Below the pieces are notes generated by a model. That model did not search any database. It had not been told where the DNA came from and was given only the letters and a program-made list of their open reading frames with translations. The position numbers were made by a program, and so were the translations under genes. From an uncultured Desulfarculaceae bacterium (GTDB taxonomy: Bacteria; Desulfobacterota; Desulfarculia; Desulfarculales; Desulfarculaceae): a stretch of DNA of 64,000 nt. The stretch is taken from contig CAZUHP010000004.1 of NCBI GenBank assembly GCA_964620595.1, positions 3,768-67,767 on the forward strand, in the 5' to 3' direction. This document shows, one piece after another, positions 16,673-25,800 of the stretch; position 1 is the first letter of the stretch; every line of letters starts with the position of its first letter.

Positions 16673-18676
16673 ATGACCGCCTATCCCCTTTTGTTCTCGC
16701 CCCTCAAGGTCCCCAACCTGGAGCTGCGCAACCGCATCGTCATGCCGGCCATCCACCTCAACTACACGCCCGGCGGCAAGGTCACCGACCAGTTGGTGGC
16801 CTTCTACCGCGACCGCGCCAAGGGTGGAGCCGGCCTCATGATCGTGGGCGGCGCGGCCATCAGTGACATGGCCGGCGGTCCCATGTTCGTGTCCATCAAG
16901 GACGACCAGGACATCGAGGGCCTGCGCCGGCTCACCCAGGCGGCCCACGACCACGGCGCGGCCATGGGCGTGCAGCTCTACCACGCCGGTGCCTATGCCC
17001 ACCGCATGCTCATCGGCGGGGTGGCGGTCAGCTCCTCGCCCCATACCTCGGGATTCACCAAGGAGGAGGCCCGGGAGCTGAGTCTGGAAGAGATCCCCCA
17101 GGTGCAGGACGAGTTCGCCCAGGCCGCCCGGCGGGCCAAGGAGGCGGGCTTCGACATGGTGGAGATACTGGGCTCGGCCGGGTATCTCATCTGCCAGTTC
17201 CTCTCGCCCAAGATAAACCAGCGCAGCGACCAGTACGGCGGCTCCCTGGAGAACCGCATGCGCTTCGGCCTGGAGGTGGTGAAGAAGGTGCGCGCCGCGG
17301 TGGGGCCCGACTTCTGCGTGGGCATCCGCCTGGCGGGCAATGACTTCGTGCCCGGCTCCCACACCAACCGGGAGTCCGCCCTTTTCGCCGCGGCCTGCCA
17401 GGAGGCGGGGGTGGACCTCATCAACGTGACCGGCGGCTGGCACGAGACCAAGGTGCCCCAGCTCACCCCCGAGGTGCCGCCGGCCGGGCTCACCTACCTG
17501 GCCCGGGGCATCAAGTCCGCGGTCAGCGTGCCGGTGTGCGCTTCCAACCGCATCAACCACCCCGACCTGGCCGAGGAGGTGCTGGCCCGGGGCGACGCGG
17601 ACCTCGTCTGCATGTGCCGACCGCTCCTGGCCGACCCCGAGCTGCCCAACAAGGCGGCGGCGGGCAAGACCCACCTGATCCGGCCCTGCGTGGCCTGCAA
17701 CCAGGGCTGCTTCGACGCCATCACCAAGATGCAGCCGGTGGGCTGCCTGATGAACCCCCGGGCCGGCTTCGAGGCCAAGCCCGAGCCCGGGCCCGCGGCC
17801 AAGCCGGCCAAGGTGGTGGTGGTGGGCGGCGGCCCGGCCGGCTGCCAGGCGGCGCTCAGCGCGGCCCGGCGGGGACACCGGGTGGTGCTCTGGGAGGCGG
17901 CCGATCGCCTGGGCGGCCAGCCCGCCTGGTATCACCAGGCCACCGAGAAGCCCGACTTCGCCCTCATCGGCTCCTACTTCCGCGCGGCCCTGGCCGAGGC
18001 CGGGGTGGAGCTGCGCCTGGGCCGGCCGGCGGACGCCGAGGCAGTGGCCGCGGAAAAACCCGACGCGGTGGTGGTAGCCACGGGCAGCACCCCGGCCCTG
18101 GCGCCCATTCCCGGCTCCGAGCGCCCCGGGGTGGTGGACGCCTGGAGCGTGCTCCAGGGCAAGGTGCGGCCCCGGGGCCAGGTGGTGGTGATCGGCGGCG
18201 GCGCGGTGGGCCTGGAGACCGCCATCTTCGTGGCCAAGAAGGGTGCCCTCACCCCGGAGCAGACCTATTTCCTGAGCCTGTACCGGGCCGAGGAGCCCGA
18301 GGTGATCGACCACCTCATCTCCACCGGCAGCCACCGGGTGACCGTGGTGGAGATGCTGCCCAAGGTGGGGCAGGACATCGGCCGCTCCACCCGCTGGATC
18401 GTATTCGGCAAGCTGAAGCGGTTCGGGGTGGCCCTCAAGACCAAGGTCAAGGTGCTGGCCATCGAGGAAGGCGGGGTGCGCCTGGCCGAGGAGGACGGCG
18501 AGGCCCTGTTGCCCGCGGACACCGTGATCCTGGCCACCGGGGCCAAGCCCAACGACGCCCTGGCGGCCGGGCTCAAGGAAAAGGGGCTCAAGGTGCACCT
18601 GATCGGCGACGCGGCCGGCGCGGGCAGCGTGCTCAAGTCCATAGCCCAGGGCCACAAGCTCGGCTCCTCGCTCTGA
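16673..18676 (+). CDS. FadH-like NADH:flavin oxidoreductase (OYE domain + Fe-S motif + FAD/NAD(P) domain)
   Basis: ATG at 16673 follows an AGGAGAAG RBS. The N-terminus is OYE-like (LFSPLKVPNLELRNRIVMPAIH). It has CVACNQGCFD...C and a VVVVGGGPAGC dinucleotide fold. Confidence 0.85.
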   Translation: MTAYPLLFSPLKVPNLELRNRIVMPAIHLNYTPGGKVTDQLVAFYRDRAKGGAGLMIVGGAAISDMAGGPMFVSIKDDQDIEGLRRLTQAAHDHGAAMGVQLYHAGAYAHRMLIGGVAVSSSPHTSGFTKEEARELSLEEIPQVQDEFAQAARRAKEAGFDMVEILGSAGYLICQFLSPKINQRSDQYGGSLENRMRFGLEVVKKVRAAVGPDFCVGIRLAGNDFVPGSHTNRESALFAAACQEAGVDLINVTGGWHETKVPQLTPEVPPAGLTYLARGIKSAVSVPVCASNRINHPDLAEEVLARGDADLVCMCRPLLADPELPNKAAAGKTHLIRPCVACNQGCFDAITKMQPVGCLMNPRAGFEAKPEPGPAAKPAKVVVVGGGPAGCQAALSAARRGHRVVLWEAADRLGGQPAWYHQATEKPDFALIGSYFRAALAEAGVELRLGRPADAEAVAAEKPDAVVVATGSTPALAPIPGSERPGVVDAWSVLQGKVRPRGQVVVIGGGAVGLETAIFVAKKGALTPEQTYFLSLYRAEEPEVIDHLISTGSHRVTVVEMLPKVGQDIGRSTRWIVFGKLKRFGVALKTKVKVLAIEEGGVRLAEEDGEALLPADTVILATGAKPNDALAAGLKEKGLKVHLIGDAAGAGSVLKSIAQGHKLGSSL

Positions 18677-18762
18677 GGGAGACGGGGCCGGCAAGGGCCG
18701 GGAAGCGTCCCGCGGGCCTGGAATGAGCCACAAACCCGTTCTGGAGCCCCAAGGAGGCGGCC

Positions 18763-19701
18763 ATGGAAGTCTTCGTAACCGGCGGCAGCGGCTTTGTGGG
18801 CCGGGCCCTGTGCCGGGCCCTGATCGAGGGCGGCCACAGCGTCACCGTGCTCACCCGCAGCACCCGCGCGGCCGAGTCCCTGCCCCGGGGAGTGGGCCGC
18901 CTCCTCGGCGACCCCACCCGGCCCGGCCCCTGGCAGGAGGAGGCGGCCCGGCACCAGGGCTTTGTCAACCTGGCCGGCGCCTCCATCTTCGGCCGCTGGA
19001 CCGGGGCCTATAAAAAGCTCCTGCGCTCCAGCCGCCTGGAAACCACCAGGAACCTGGTGGCGGCCCTGCGCCGGCGAGAGGGGGGGCGAGAGGGGGGGCG
19101 GGAGAGGCAACGGCCCGCAGTGCTGGTCAGCGCCTCGGCGGTGGGCTACTACGGCTTCAGCAACGACCGCGAGTTGAGCGAGTCCTCCCCGCCGGGCGAG
19201 GACTTCCTGGCCCGGCTCTGCCAGGACTGGGAGGCAGCGGCCCGCCAGGCCGAATCCCTGGGGGTGCGGGTGGTGCTGGCCCGCCTGGGCATAGTGCTGG
19301 CCGCAGACGGCGGCGCCCTGGGCCGGATGCTCCCCATCTTCAGAAAAGGCCTGGGCGGGCGCCTGGGCTCGGGGAGGCAGTGGTTCTCCTGGATCCATCG
19401 GGCCGACCTGGTGAGGGCCATGGTCAAGTGCCTGGAAGACGAAAACCTCTCCGGCCCGGTCAACTGCACCGCGCCCCGGCCGGTCACCAACCAGGAGCTG
19501 ACCAGGACCCTGGGCAGGGTGCTGGCCAGGCCGGCCTTGCTGCCCGCGCCCGGTTTTGCGGTGCGGCTGGCCCTGGGCCAGTTCGGCTCGGTGCTCCTGG
19601 AGGGCCAGCGGGTGCTGCCCCAAAGGCTCCTGCAGGCGGGCTACCGGTTCCGCCACCCGGAGCTGGAAGAAGCATTGCGCGACCTGGTGGGCAGCGGCTA
19701 G
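18763..19701 (+). CDS. YfcH-type (TIGR01777-like) SDR epimerase family protein
   Basis: 312 aa with MEVFVTGGSGFVGRAL, ASAVGYYG, and a DUF1731-like C-terminus (LEGQRVLPQRLLQAGYRFRHPELEEAL). Confidence 0.8.
   Translation: MEVFVTGGSGFVGRALCRALIEGGHSVTVLTRSTRAAESLPRGVGRLLGDPTRPGPWQEEAARHQGFVNLAGASIFGRWTGAYKKLLRSSRLETTRNLVAALRRREGGREGGRERQRPAVLVSASAVGYYGFSNDRELSESSPPGEDFLARLCQDWEAAARQAESLGVRVVLARLGIVLAADGGALGRMLPIFRKGLGGRLGSGRQWFSWIHRADLVRAMVKCLEDENLSGPVNCTAPRPVTNQELTRTLGRVLARPALLPAPGFAVRLALGQFGSVLLEGQRVLPQRLLQAGYRFRHPELEEALRDLVGSG
19075..19107. repeat. poly-G array inside the YfcH-like CDS (encodes REGGREGGRER)
   Basis: GAGAGGGGGGGCGAGAGGGGGGGCGGGAGAGG. Confidence 0.8.
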
Positions 19702-19753
19702 GCGATGGTTCCCTGTCGCCCTTCTGGAAAACCCGGCAAGCCCAGAGAGCAAC

Positions 19754-19782
19754 TTGACTGCGCGGCCCAGGGCGGGTATTAC
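19754..19782 (+). promoter_or_regulatory. putative sigma70 promoter of the sugar-nucleotide dehydrogenase/ROK/YfgM run
   Basis: TTGACT, a 17-nt spacer, then TATTAC. Confidence 0.35.
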
Positions 19783-19857
19783 TGTGCATTCGAGCACCGG
19801 CCCAGGGGCGGAATGTGCTAGTCACGAGAATCATTCACTTATGAGGAGTAAGAGGCG

Positions 19858-21504
19858 GTGAGCCCCGGACAGAACAACGTATCGGTCAGCCCCGAGGGCG
19901 AGGTCTTTGACCTGCCCACCCCGGCGGATTACGAAAAAGAGAACCAGCGGCTGGAGGAGTTGGTCAAACAGCAGCGCGAGCTGGGCCGCGAGGTCGTGGT
20001 GGTCATGGGCGTGGGCTTCGTGGGCGCGGTCATGGCCGCAGTGGTGGCCGACAGCGTGGATGCGGACGGCCAGCCCAACAAGTTCGTCATCGGCATGCAG
20101 CGTCCCAGCACCCGGAGCTACTGGAAGATACCCTACCTCAACCGGGGCCAGGCGCCGGTGAAGGCCGAGGACCCGGAGGTGGAGGTGGTCATCCGCCGCT
20201 GCGTCAAGGAGAAGGGCACCCTCACCGCCAGCTTCTCCTACGACGCGCTCACCCACGCCGACGTGGTGGTGGTGGACGTGCAGTGCGACTACTCCAAGGA
20301 GGCCCTGGCCGACGTGACCCAGGGCACCGTGGAGATGCGCGCCCTGGAGGAGAGCCTCAAGATCATCGCCCAGCACATCCCCCCCTCCTGCCTGGTGCTG
20401 ATCGAGACCACCGTACCGCCGGGCACCACCGAGTACGTGGCCTATCCCATCATGAAGAAGGTCTTCCGCAGCCGGGGCATCGAGGACGATCCCCTCCTGG
20501 CCCACAGCTTTGAGCGGGTCATGCCCGGCCGCGACTACGTGAAGAGCATCCGCGACTTCTGGCGGGTGTGCAGCGGCATCAACCCCGAGAGCCGCGAGCG
20601 GGTGGTGAAGTTCCTGACCGACGTGCTGAACACCAAGGACTTCCCCCTCACCGTGCTGGACCGGCCCATCGAGAGCGAGACCACCAAGATAGTGGAGAAC
20701 AGCTTCCGGGCCACCATCCTGGCCTTCATGAACGAATGGTCGCTGTTTGCCGAGCGCAACGGGGTGGACATCATCAAGGTGATCGAGGCCATCAAGGTGC
20801 GGCCCACCCACTCCAACCTCATCTTCCCCGGCCCGGGCATCGGCGGTTACTGCCTGCCCAAGGACGGGGGGCTTGGCGTGTGGGCCTATCACCACCTCAT
20901 GGGTTTCCAGAACCAGCTTTTCGAGATAACGCCCCTGGCCATCAACATCAACGACCGCCGGGCCCTGCACGCGGCCGAGCTGGTGCGCGACGCCTTGCGC
21001 AACATGGGGCGCATCGTGGCGGCCAGCGAGGTGGTGGTCCTGGGCGCGGCCTACCGCGAGGACGTGGGCGACACCCGCTACTCCGGCTCGGAGTTGGTGG
21101 TGCGCAAGCTGGCCGAGATGGGCGCCGCGGTGCGGGTGCACGACCCCTACGTGCTCAGGTGGTGGGAGTTCGAAAAGCAGGACACCTACCCCGCCCCCGG
21201 CAAGAGCCGCGGCCGCTTCTTCCGCAACCAGGAGGAGCTGAGCGCGCTCAGGGTCTCCCAGGACCTGGCCGGCTCCCTCAAGGACGCCGACGCGGTGGTG
21301 CTGGCCGTGCGCCACGCCGAGTACCTGACCCTGGACCCCGACTGGGTGGTGGAAAAGGCCGGCGGCCCGGTGGCCGTGGTGGACTGCTTCGGCATCCTGG
21401 ACGACGCCAAGATCCGACGCTACTTCGAGCTGGGCTGCGAGGTCAAGGGCATGGGCCGCGGCCACGTGAAACGCATCAAGGACGAGGTGCGGGAGGGCAA
21501 GTAA
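19858..21504 (+). CDS. nucleotide-sugar dehydrogenase (UDP-glucose/GDP-mannose dehydrogenase family)
   Basis: 548 aa with a GTG start after GAGGAG. It has a VMGVGFVGAVMA Rossmann motif, a catalytic-Cys context (GPGIGGYCLPKD) and the C-terminal UDPG_MGDP_dh domain. Confidence 0.8.
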   Translation: MSPGQNNVSVSPEGEVFDLPTPADYEKENQRLEELVKQQRELGREVVVVMGVGFVGAVMAAVVADSVDADGQPNKFVIGMQRPSTRSYWKIPYLNRGQAPVKAEDPEVEVVIRRCVKEKGTLTASFSYDALTHADVVVVDVQCDYSKEALADVTQGTVEMRALEESLKIIAQHIPPSCLVLIETTVPPGTTEYVAYPIMKKVFRSRGIEDDPLLAHSFERVMPGRDYVKSIRDFWRVCSGINPESRERVVKFLTDVLNTKDFPLTVLDRPIESETTKIVENSFRATILAFMNEWSLFAERNGVDIIKVIEAIKVRPTHSNLIFPGPGIGGYCLPKDGGLGVWAYHHLMGFQNQLFEITPLAININDRRALHAAELVRDALRNMGRIVAASEVVVLGAAYREDVGDTRYSGSELVVRKLAEMGAAVRVHDPYVLRWWEFEKQDTYPAPGKSRGRFFRNQEELSALRVSQDLAGSLKDADAVVLAVRHAEYLTLDPDWVVEKAGGPVAVVDCFGILDDAKIRRYFELGCEVKGMGRGHVKRIKDEVREGK

Positions 21505-21514
21505 GGTCTTTTTC

Positions 21515-22438
21515 ATGGCTGAGGCCTGGCTGGGCATAGACCTGGGCGGCACCAACACCAGGGTGGGGCTGGTGAGCCCGGAGGGCCTGGTGGCGCGGGA
21601 GAGTTTCGCCACCCAGGCCGGCCAGGGCCCCGGCCAATGGCTGGCCAGCCTGGCGCAGGCCGTGCAAAGGCTCCGTCGCCAGGGGCCTCAGCCCCGGGGG
21701 GCGGGGGTGGCCAGCCCCGGGATCATCCAGCGCCCCCAGGGCGTGGTGCTGCGCTCGCCCAACCTGCCGGCCTGGAACGGCTTCCCCCTGGCCGGCGAGG
21801 TGGGCAAGGCCCTGGGGCTCCCCACCGTGGTGGAGAACGACGCCAACTGCTACGCCCTGGGCGAGTTCCTCTTCGGCGCCGGCCAGGGCCGCGACCTGGC
21901 CTGCTTCACCCTGGGCACCGGGGTGGGCGGGGGGATCGTCATCAGCGGCAAGCTGGTGGTGGGTCCCTTGGGCACCGGCGGCGAGCTGGGCCACACCCTG
22001 GTGAAGGAGGGCGGCCGCACCTGCGGCTGCGGCGCCCGGGGCTGCCTGGAGGCCTATGCCTCGGCCACCGGCCTGAAGGGCATGCTGGCCGAGGCCCTGG
22101 ACCAGGGCCGGCGGACCGGCCTGGCCAGGGAGGCCGAGGCCGCGGACATCGCCCGGGCCGCGCAAGACGGCGACGAGCTGGCCAAGGAACTCATGGTCAC
22201 GGCCGGCCGGGCCCTGGGGCGGGCCTTCGACAACCTGGTGGCCACCACCGGCCTGGACCTGATAATCATAGGCGGCGGGGTGGCCCGGGCCTGGCCGCTC
22301 ATGGAACCCGCCGCCCTGGCCGAGCTGCAAGACCGGCTGCGCCTGGTGGAGCCAAACCGGGTGGAGATACGGCCGGCCCTGTTGGGCGACGACGCCCCCC
22401 TCTGGGGCGCCGCGGCCCTGGCCCGGGATAACTCGTAA
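21515..22438 (+). CDS. ROK-family sugar kinase (glucokinase-like)
   Basis: 307 aa with LGIDLGGTNTRVG, the GELGH motif, and the Zn motif CGCGARGCLE. Confidence 0.85.
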   Translation: MAEAWLGIDLGGTNTRVGLVSPEGLVARESFATQAGQGPGQWLASLAQAVQRLRRQGPQPRGAGVASPGIIQRPQGVVLRSPNLPAWNGFPLAGEVGKALGLPTVVENDANCYALGEFLFGAGQGRDLACFTLGTGVGGGIVISGKLVVGPLGTGGELGHTLVKEGGRTCGCGARGCLEAYASATGLKGMLAEALDQGRRTGLAREAEAADIARAAQDGDELAKELMVTAGRALGRAFDNLVATTGLDLIIIGGGVARAWPLMEPAALAELQDRLRLVEPNRVEIRPALLGDDAPLWGAAALARDNS

Positions 22439-22454
22439 AAAAGGAAAAGCGCCC

Positions 22455-23171
22455 ATGGCCAAGATCAACCGCAAAAAGCTGCTCAAGGAGCCTGACGAGT
22501 TTCTCACCCTGTCCCAGCGCGCCTTGGCCTGGTCCCGGGAACACGCCAAGGTGATCCTGGCGGTGGCCGTGGGCCTGGCCCTGGCCATCGGCGCCTTCGT
22601 GGGCCTGCAAACCTACCTGGAATACCGCGACAACCAGGCCGCCGACACCCTGGCCCGCTCCTTCGAGGACTATGCCAAGGCGGTGGAGGGCAAGGCCGGC
22701 CCGGCCCAGGAACAGGCCGCCCGGGCGAACCTGGCCAAGGTGGTGGAGCAGTACGGCGCCACCCCGGCCGGCATCCAGGCCCGGCTGGCCCTGGGCGACC
22801 TGCTGCTGGAAAAGAGCAAGTACGCCGAGGCGGAAAAAGTCTTCAGCGGGCTGACCGAGGAGACGGACCTGCCCGCGGCCATGCGGCCCCTGGCCTGGCA
22901 CGGCCTGGGCGTGAGCCTGGAGGGGCAGAAGAAGTACGCCGAGGCGGCGGACGCCTATACCAGCGCCATGAAAGAGGCCGGCCCGGCCCTGCGCAACTCC
23001 TACCGCCTGGACTTGGCCCGGGTCCAGGAAGCGGCCGGCAACAAGACCGCGGCCATCCAGGCCTACCGCGAGGCCGTGCAGGAGCCCCCCGACCCGGCCT
23101 CGGCGGACCTGGCCCGCAGCCGGCTGGTGGCCCTGGGGGTGGACCCGACCGGGTTGCAAGCCAGCCGCTAG
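22455..23171 (+). CDS. YfgM-like membrane-anchored TPR protein
   Basis: 238 aa with a single N-terminal TM segment (VILAVAVGLALAIGAFVGL) followed by TPR-like helices. Confidence 0.6.
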   Translation: MAKINRKKLLKEPDEFLTLSQRALAWSREHAKVILAVAVGLALAIGAFVGLQTYLEYRDNQAADTLARSFEDYAKAVEGKAGPAQEQAARANLAKVVEQYGATPAGIQARLALGDLLLEKSKYAEAEKVFSGLTEETDLPAAMRPLAWHGLGVSLEGQKKYAEAADAYTSAMKEAGPALRNSYRLDLARVQEAAGNKTAAIQAYREAVQEPPDPASADLARSRLVALGVDPTGLQASR

Positions 23172-23192
23172 CCCCCAGTCCCTTCAAAGCAC

Positions 23193-23223
23193 GACCGCCC
23201 CGGTCCTCTTGGCCGGGGCGGTC
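23193..23223. terminator. bidirectional stem-loop between convergent genes
   Basis: GACCGCCCCGG / CCGGGGCGGTC forms a perfect 11-bp stem with a 9-nt loop, followed by TTCATTC on the + strand. Confidence 0.6.
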
Positions 23224-23253
23224 TTCATTCAGGGCTGCCGAGCGCCCGGCCGG

Positions 23254-24624
23254 CTAGCCCCCCACCCTCCGGGCCAGGCGGTAGGCACAGAGGTTGACTA
23301 TCTCGGCCAGGCAGGGATGGACATAGGGAATGTCGGCCAGGTCCCGGGCGGTGCCTCCCAGCCACATGGCCACCGCCACCTCGTGGATCATGAGCGAGGC
23401 CTCGGGCGCCACCAGGTCCGCGCCCAGGATGCGGCCGGTGCCCTTCTCGGCGCGCATGGCCATGAAGCCCTTGAGGGGCTCGGGGTAGGTGCGGGCCACG
23501 CCCATGCCGGCCAAGTCGTAGTCCGCCTCCACGAAATCCAGTCCCGCCTGCCGGCACTGCTCCTTGCCCAGGCCCACCCGGGCGATCTGGGGATCGGTGA
23601 AGATGACCCAGGGCAGCACCCGGTCCTGCAGCTCGCGGGGCTCCTGGGGGTGGGTGGCGTTGAAGCCGGCCACCTCGCCCTGCATGACCGCCAGGTTCAC
23701 CACCATCTTCTGGCCGGTCACGTCGCCGGCGGCAAAGATGTGGGGCTGGCTGGTACGCATCTGCCGGTCCACCTTGACCGCGCCTCTTTCGGTCTCCACT
23801 CCGGCGGCCTCCAGGTTGAGCCCCTCGATATTGGGCTTGCGGCCAAAGGCCACCAGTATCTCCTCCACGGTGACCGCCTTTTCCTGGCCCTGGTGGCTGA
23901 AGTGCACGGTCTTGCCCTGGGGTCCGGCCTGGATGCGCTCCAGGCGGGTGTCGGTATAGACCCTGGCGCCCTCCTCTGCCAGAACCGACTCCAGGAGCTG
24001 GCCGATGCGGGGGTCCTCCTTGCTCAACAGGTGCCCGCTGCGCTGGATTATGTGGGTCTCCACCCCCATGCGGGTCAGGAACTGGGACATCTCCAGGGCG
24101 ATGGTCCCCCCGCCCAGCACCGCCATGGAGCGCGGCAGCTCGGCCAGCTCCATGAGGGTGTCAGTGATCAGGTAGCCGGCTTCCTCCAGGCCCTCCACCG
24201 GCACCATGATCTCCCGGCTGCCGGTGGCGATGACGATGTGGGCCGCGGTTATCTCCTGGCCGTCCACCCGCACCGTGTGCGGGTCCTCGAAGCTGGCCCG
24301 GCCCCGGTAGACGATGAGCCCGTCCTTTTGCTTGGCGGCCACCGCCGCTTCCCGGCTGCCGGCCAGAAAATCCACCACGCTGCGCTTGCGGGTGAGAAGC
24401 TGGGGATATGCCTGGCGGCCGTCGCGGCCGGCCTGGTAAAGCTGGGCCGCGCTGTGCAGGAGCGTCTTGGAGGGCATGCACCCGGCCAGGATGCACAGCC
24501 CGCCCAGGCGCCCGGCCTCCACCATGCCCACCCGGGCCCCGCTCTTGAGCGCGGTGGTGGCCGCGGTGAAGCCGCCGCTGCCGCCGCCGCCGATGACCAG
24601 TACGTCCAGCTCGTAGTCCGTCAT
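23254..24624 (-). CDS. FAD-dependent pyridine nucleotide-disulfide oxidoreductase (dihydrolipoyl dehydrogenase/mercuric reductase-like)
   Basis: 456 aa with VLVIGGGGSGG, the redox-active CILAGCMPSK, a second GGG dinucleotide fold and a dimerisation domain. Confidence 0.85.
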   Translation of the reverse strand: MTDYELDVLVIGGGGSGGFTAATTALKSGARVGMVEAGRLGGLCILAGCMPSKTLLHSAAQLYQAGRDGRQAYPQLLTRKRSVVDFLAGSREAAVAAKQKDGLIVYRGRASFEDPHTVRVDGQEITAAHIVIATGSREIMVPVEGLEEAGYLITDTLMELAELPRSMAVLGGGTIALEMSQFLTRMGVETHIIQRSGHLLSKEDPRIGQLLESVLAEEGARVYTDTRLERIQAGPQGKTVHFSHQGQEKAVTVEEILVAFGRKPNIEGLNLEAAGVETERGAVKVDRQMRTSQPHIFAAGDVTGQKMVVNLAVMQGEVAGFNATHPQEPRELQDRVLPWVIFTDPQIARVGLGKEQCRQAGLDFVEADYDLAGMGVARTYPEPLKGFMAMRAEKGTGRILGADLVAPEASLMIHEVAVAMWLGGTARDLADIPYVHPCLAEIVNLCAYRLARRVGG

Positions 24625-25691
24625 TTCCCTGCTCCCCGTCTGCTATCGGCCTGATCGGCCTGGGTGAGGTCCAGCTTGGCCTTGGCCCGGCGCCGGGCCA
24701 GCTCGGCCAGGTCGGCCACGGTTTCGTGCTCGTCCACTATCTCCGAGCCCACCAGGGACTCCAGCACGTCCTCCAGGGTGATGAGCCCCATGATGCCGCC
24801 GTACTCGTCCACCACCAGGTACAAGTGCTCCCGGCGCATGAGGAAGGACTGCAAGAGATACAGGGCGTTGGCCGAGGGCGGCACGAAACGCACCGGCTTG
24901 ACCAGGCGGGCCAGGGTGTCTTCGGGGCCGGCGGGCTCGGCTGCCATCACCTCGCTCTTGATCACGTAGCCCACCACGTCCTCCGGCCCTTCCTCCACCA
25001 GGGGCACCCTGGTATGGGGCCACTGCCGGGCCTCTTCCCGGGCCTGGGCCAGGGGCAGGTCGGCCCGGGCGGTGAAGAGCACGGTGCGGGGAGTCATGAT
25101 GTCACCGGCGCGCACATCCTCCAGGCTGATGATGTTGCGGATGAGTTCGTGCTCCAGCTTGCTTATCTGCCCGGCGGTGGCGCCCAGCTTGGCCGCGGCC
25201 AGGATCTCGTCCTCGCTCACGCTGGGCGTCCGGCCCCGATCCCTCACGATGAGGCGGGTGATGCGCTGGGTGAGCCAGATGACCGGCGCCGTCAGGCCCA
25301 CCATGACCCGCAGCGGCATCACCGAGCCCTTCCACAGAAAGCGCCAGTACACCGCCCCCACCGTCTTGGGGATGATCTCGGAGAAGATGAGGATGGCCAG
25401 GGTGAAAAAGAGCGAAAAGGCCCACAGGGAGCCCGCCCCCCACACCTGGCCCGCGGCCCAGCCGGCCAGGGTGGCGCCGGCCGTGTTGGCCAGGGTGTTG
25501 AGGATGAGGATGGCGGCCAGGGGACGGTCCACCTCGGCCTTGAGCTGCTTCATGCGCTGGGCCAGCTCTTGGCCATGGTGGGCCGCCGCTTCCAAGGTGA
25601 TGAGCCTGGTGGAATAGAGCACCGATTCCAGCAGGGAACACAAGGCCGACACCAGGATGGACAGGCTGACCGCCAGCACCAGCGTGGTCAT
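24621..25691 (-). CDS. CNNM/DUF21 + CBS-pair membrane protein (hemolysin/CorC-like)
   Basis: 356 aa with an N-terminal 4-TM DUF21-like region followed by a CBS pair. Its stop overlaps the start of the downstream gene (ATGA). Confidence 0.85.
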   Translation of the reverse strand: MTTLVLAVSLSILVSALCSLLESVLYSTRLITLEAAAHHGQELAQRMKQLKAEVDRPLAAILILNTLANTAGATLAGWAAGQVWGAGSLWAFSLFFTLAILIFSEIIPKTVGAVYWRFLWKGSVMPLRVMVGLTAPVIWLTQRITRLIVRDRGRTPSVSEDEILAAAKLGATAGQISKLEHELIRNIISLEDVRAGDIMTPRTVLFTARADLPLAQAREEARQWPHTRVPLVEEGPEDVVGYVIKSEVMAAEPAGPEDTLARLVKPVRFVPPSANALYLLQSFLMRREHLYLVVDEYGGIMGLITLEDVLESLVGSEIVDEHETVADLAELARRRAKAKLDLTQADQADSRRGAGK

Positions 25692-25750
25692 GACACCTCC
25701 GTACCGGCCGGATTATACCCCGGCCTCATAAGGCAGAATACCATGACCGG

Positions 25751-25787
25751 GCCGCCGCGCCGAGGGTCAGGCCACCGGCGCGGCGGC
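25751..25787 (-). terminator. GC-rich stem-loop after dctM (no U-tract)
   Basis: GCCGCCGCGCC / GGCGCGGCGGC forms an 11-bp perfect stem with a 15-nt loop. Confidence 0.35.
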
Positions 25788-25800
25788 ATTCGCCCCGGAA

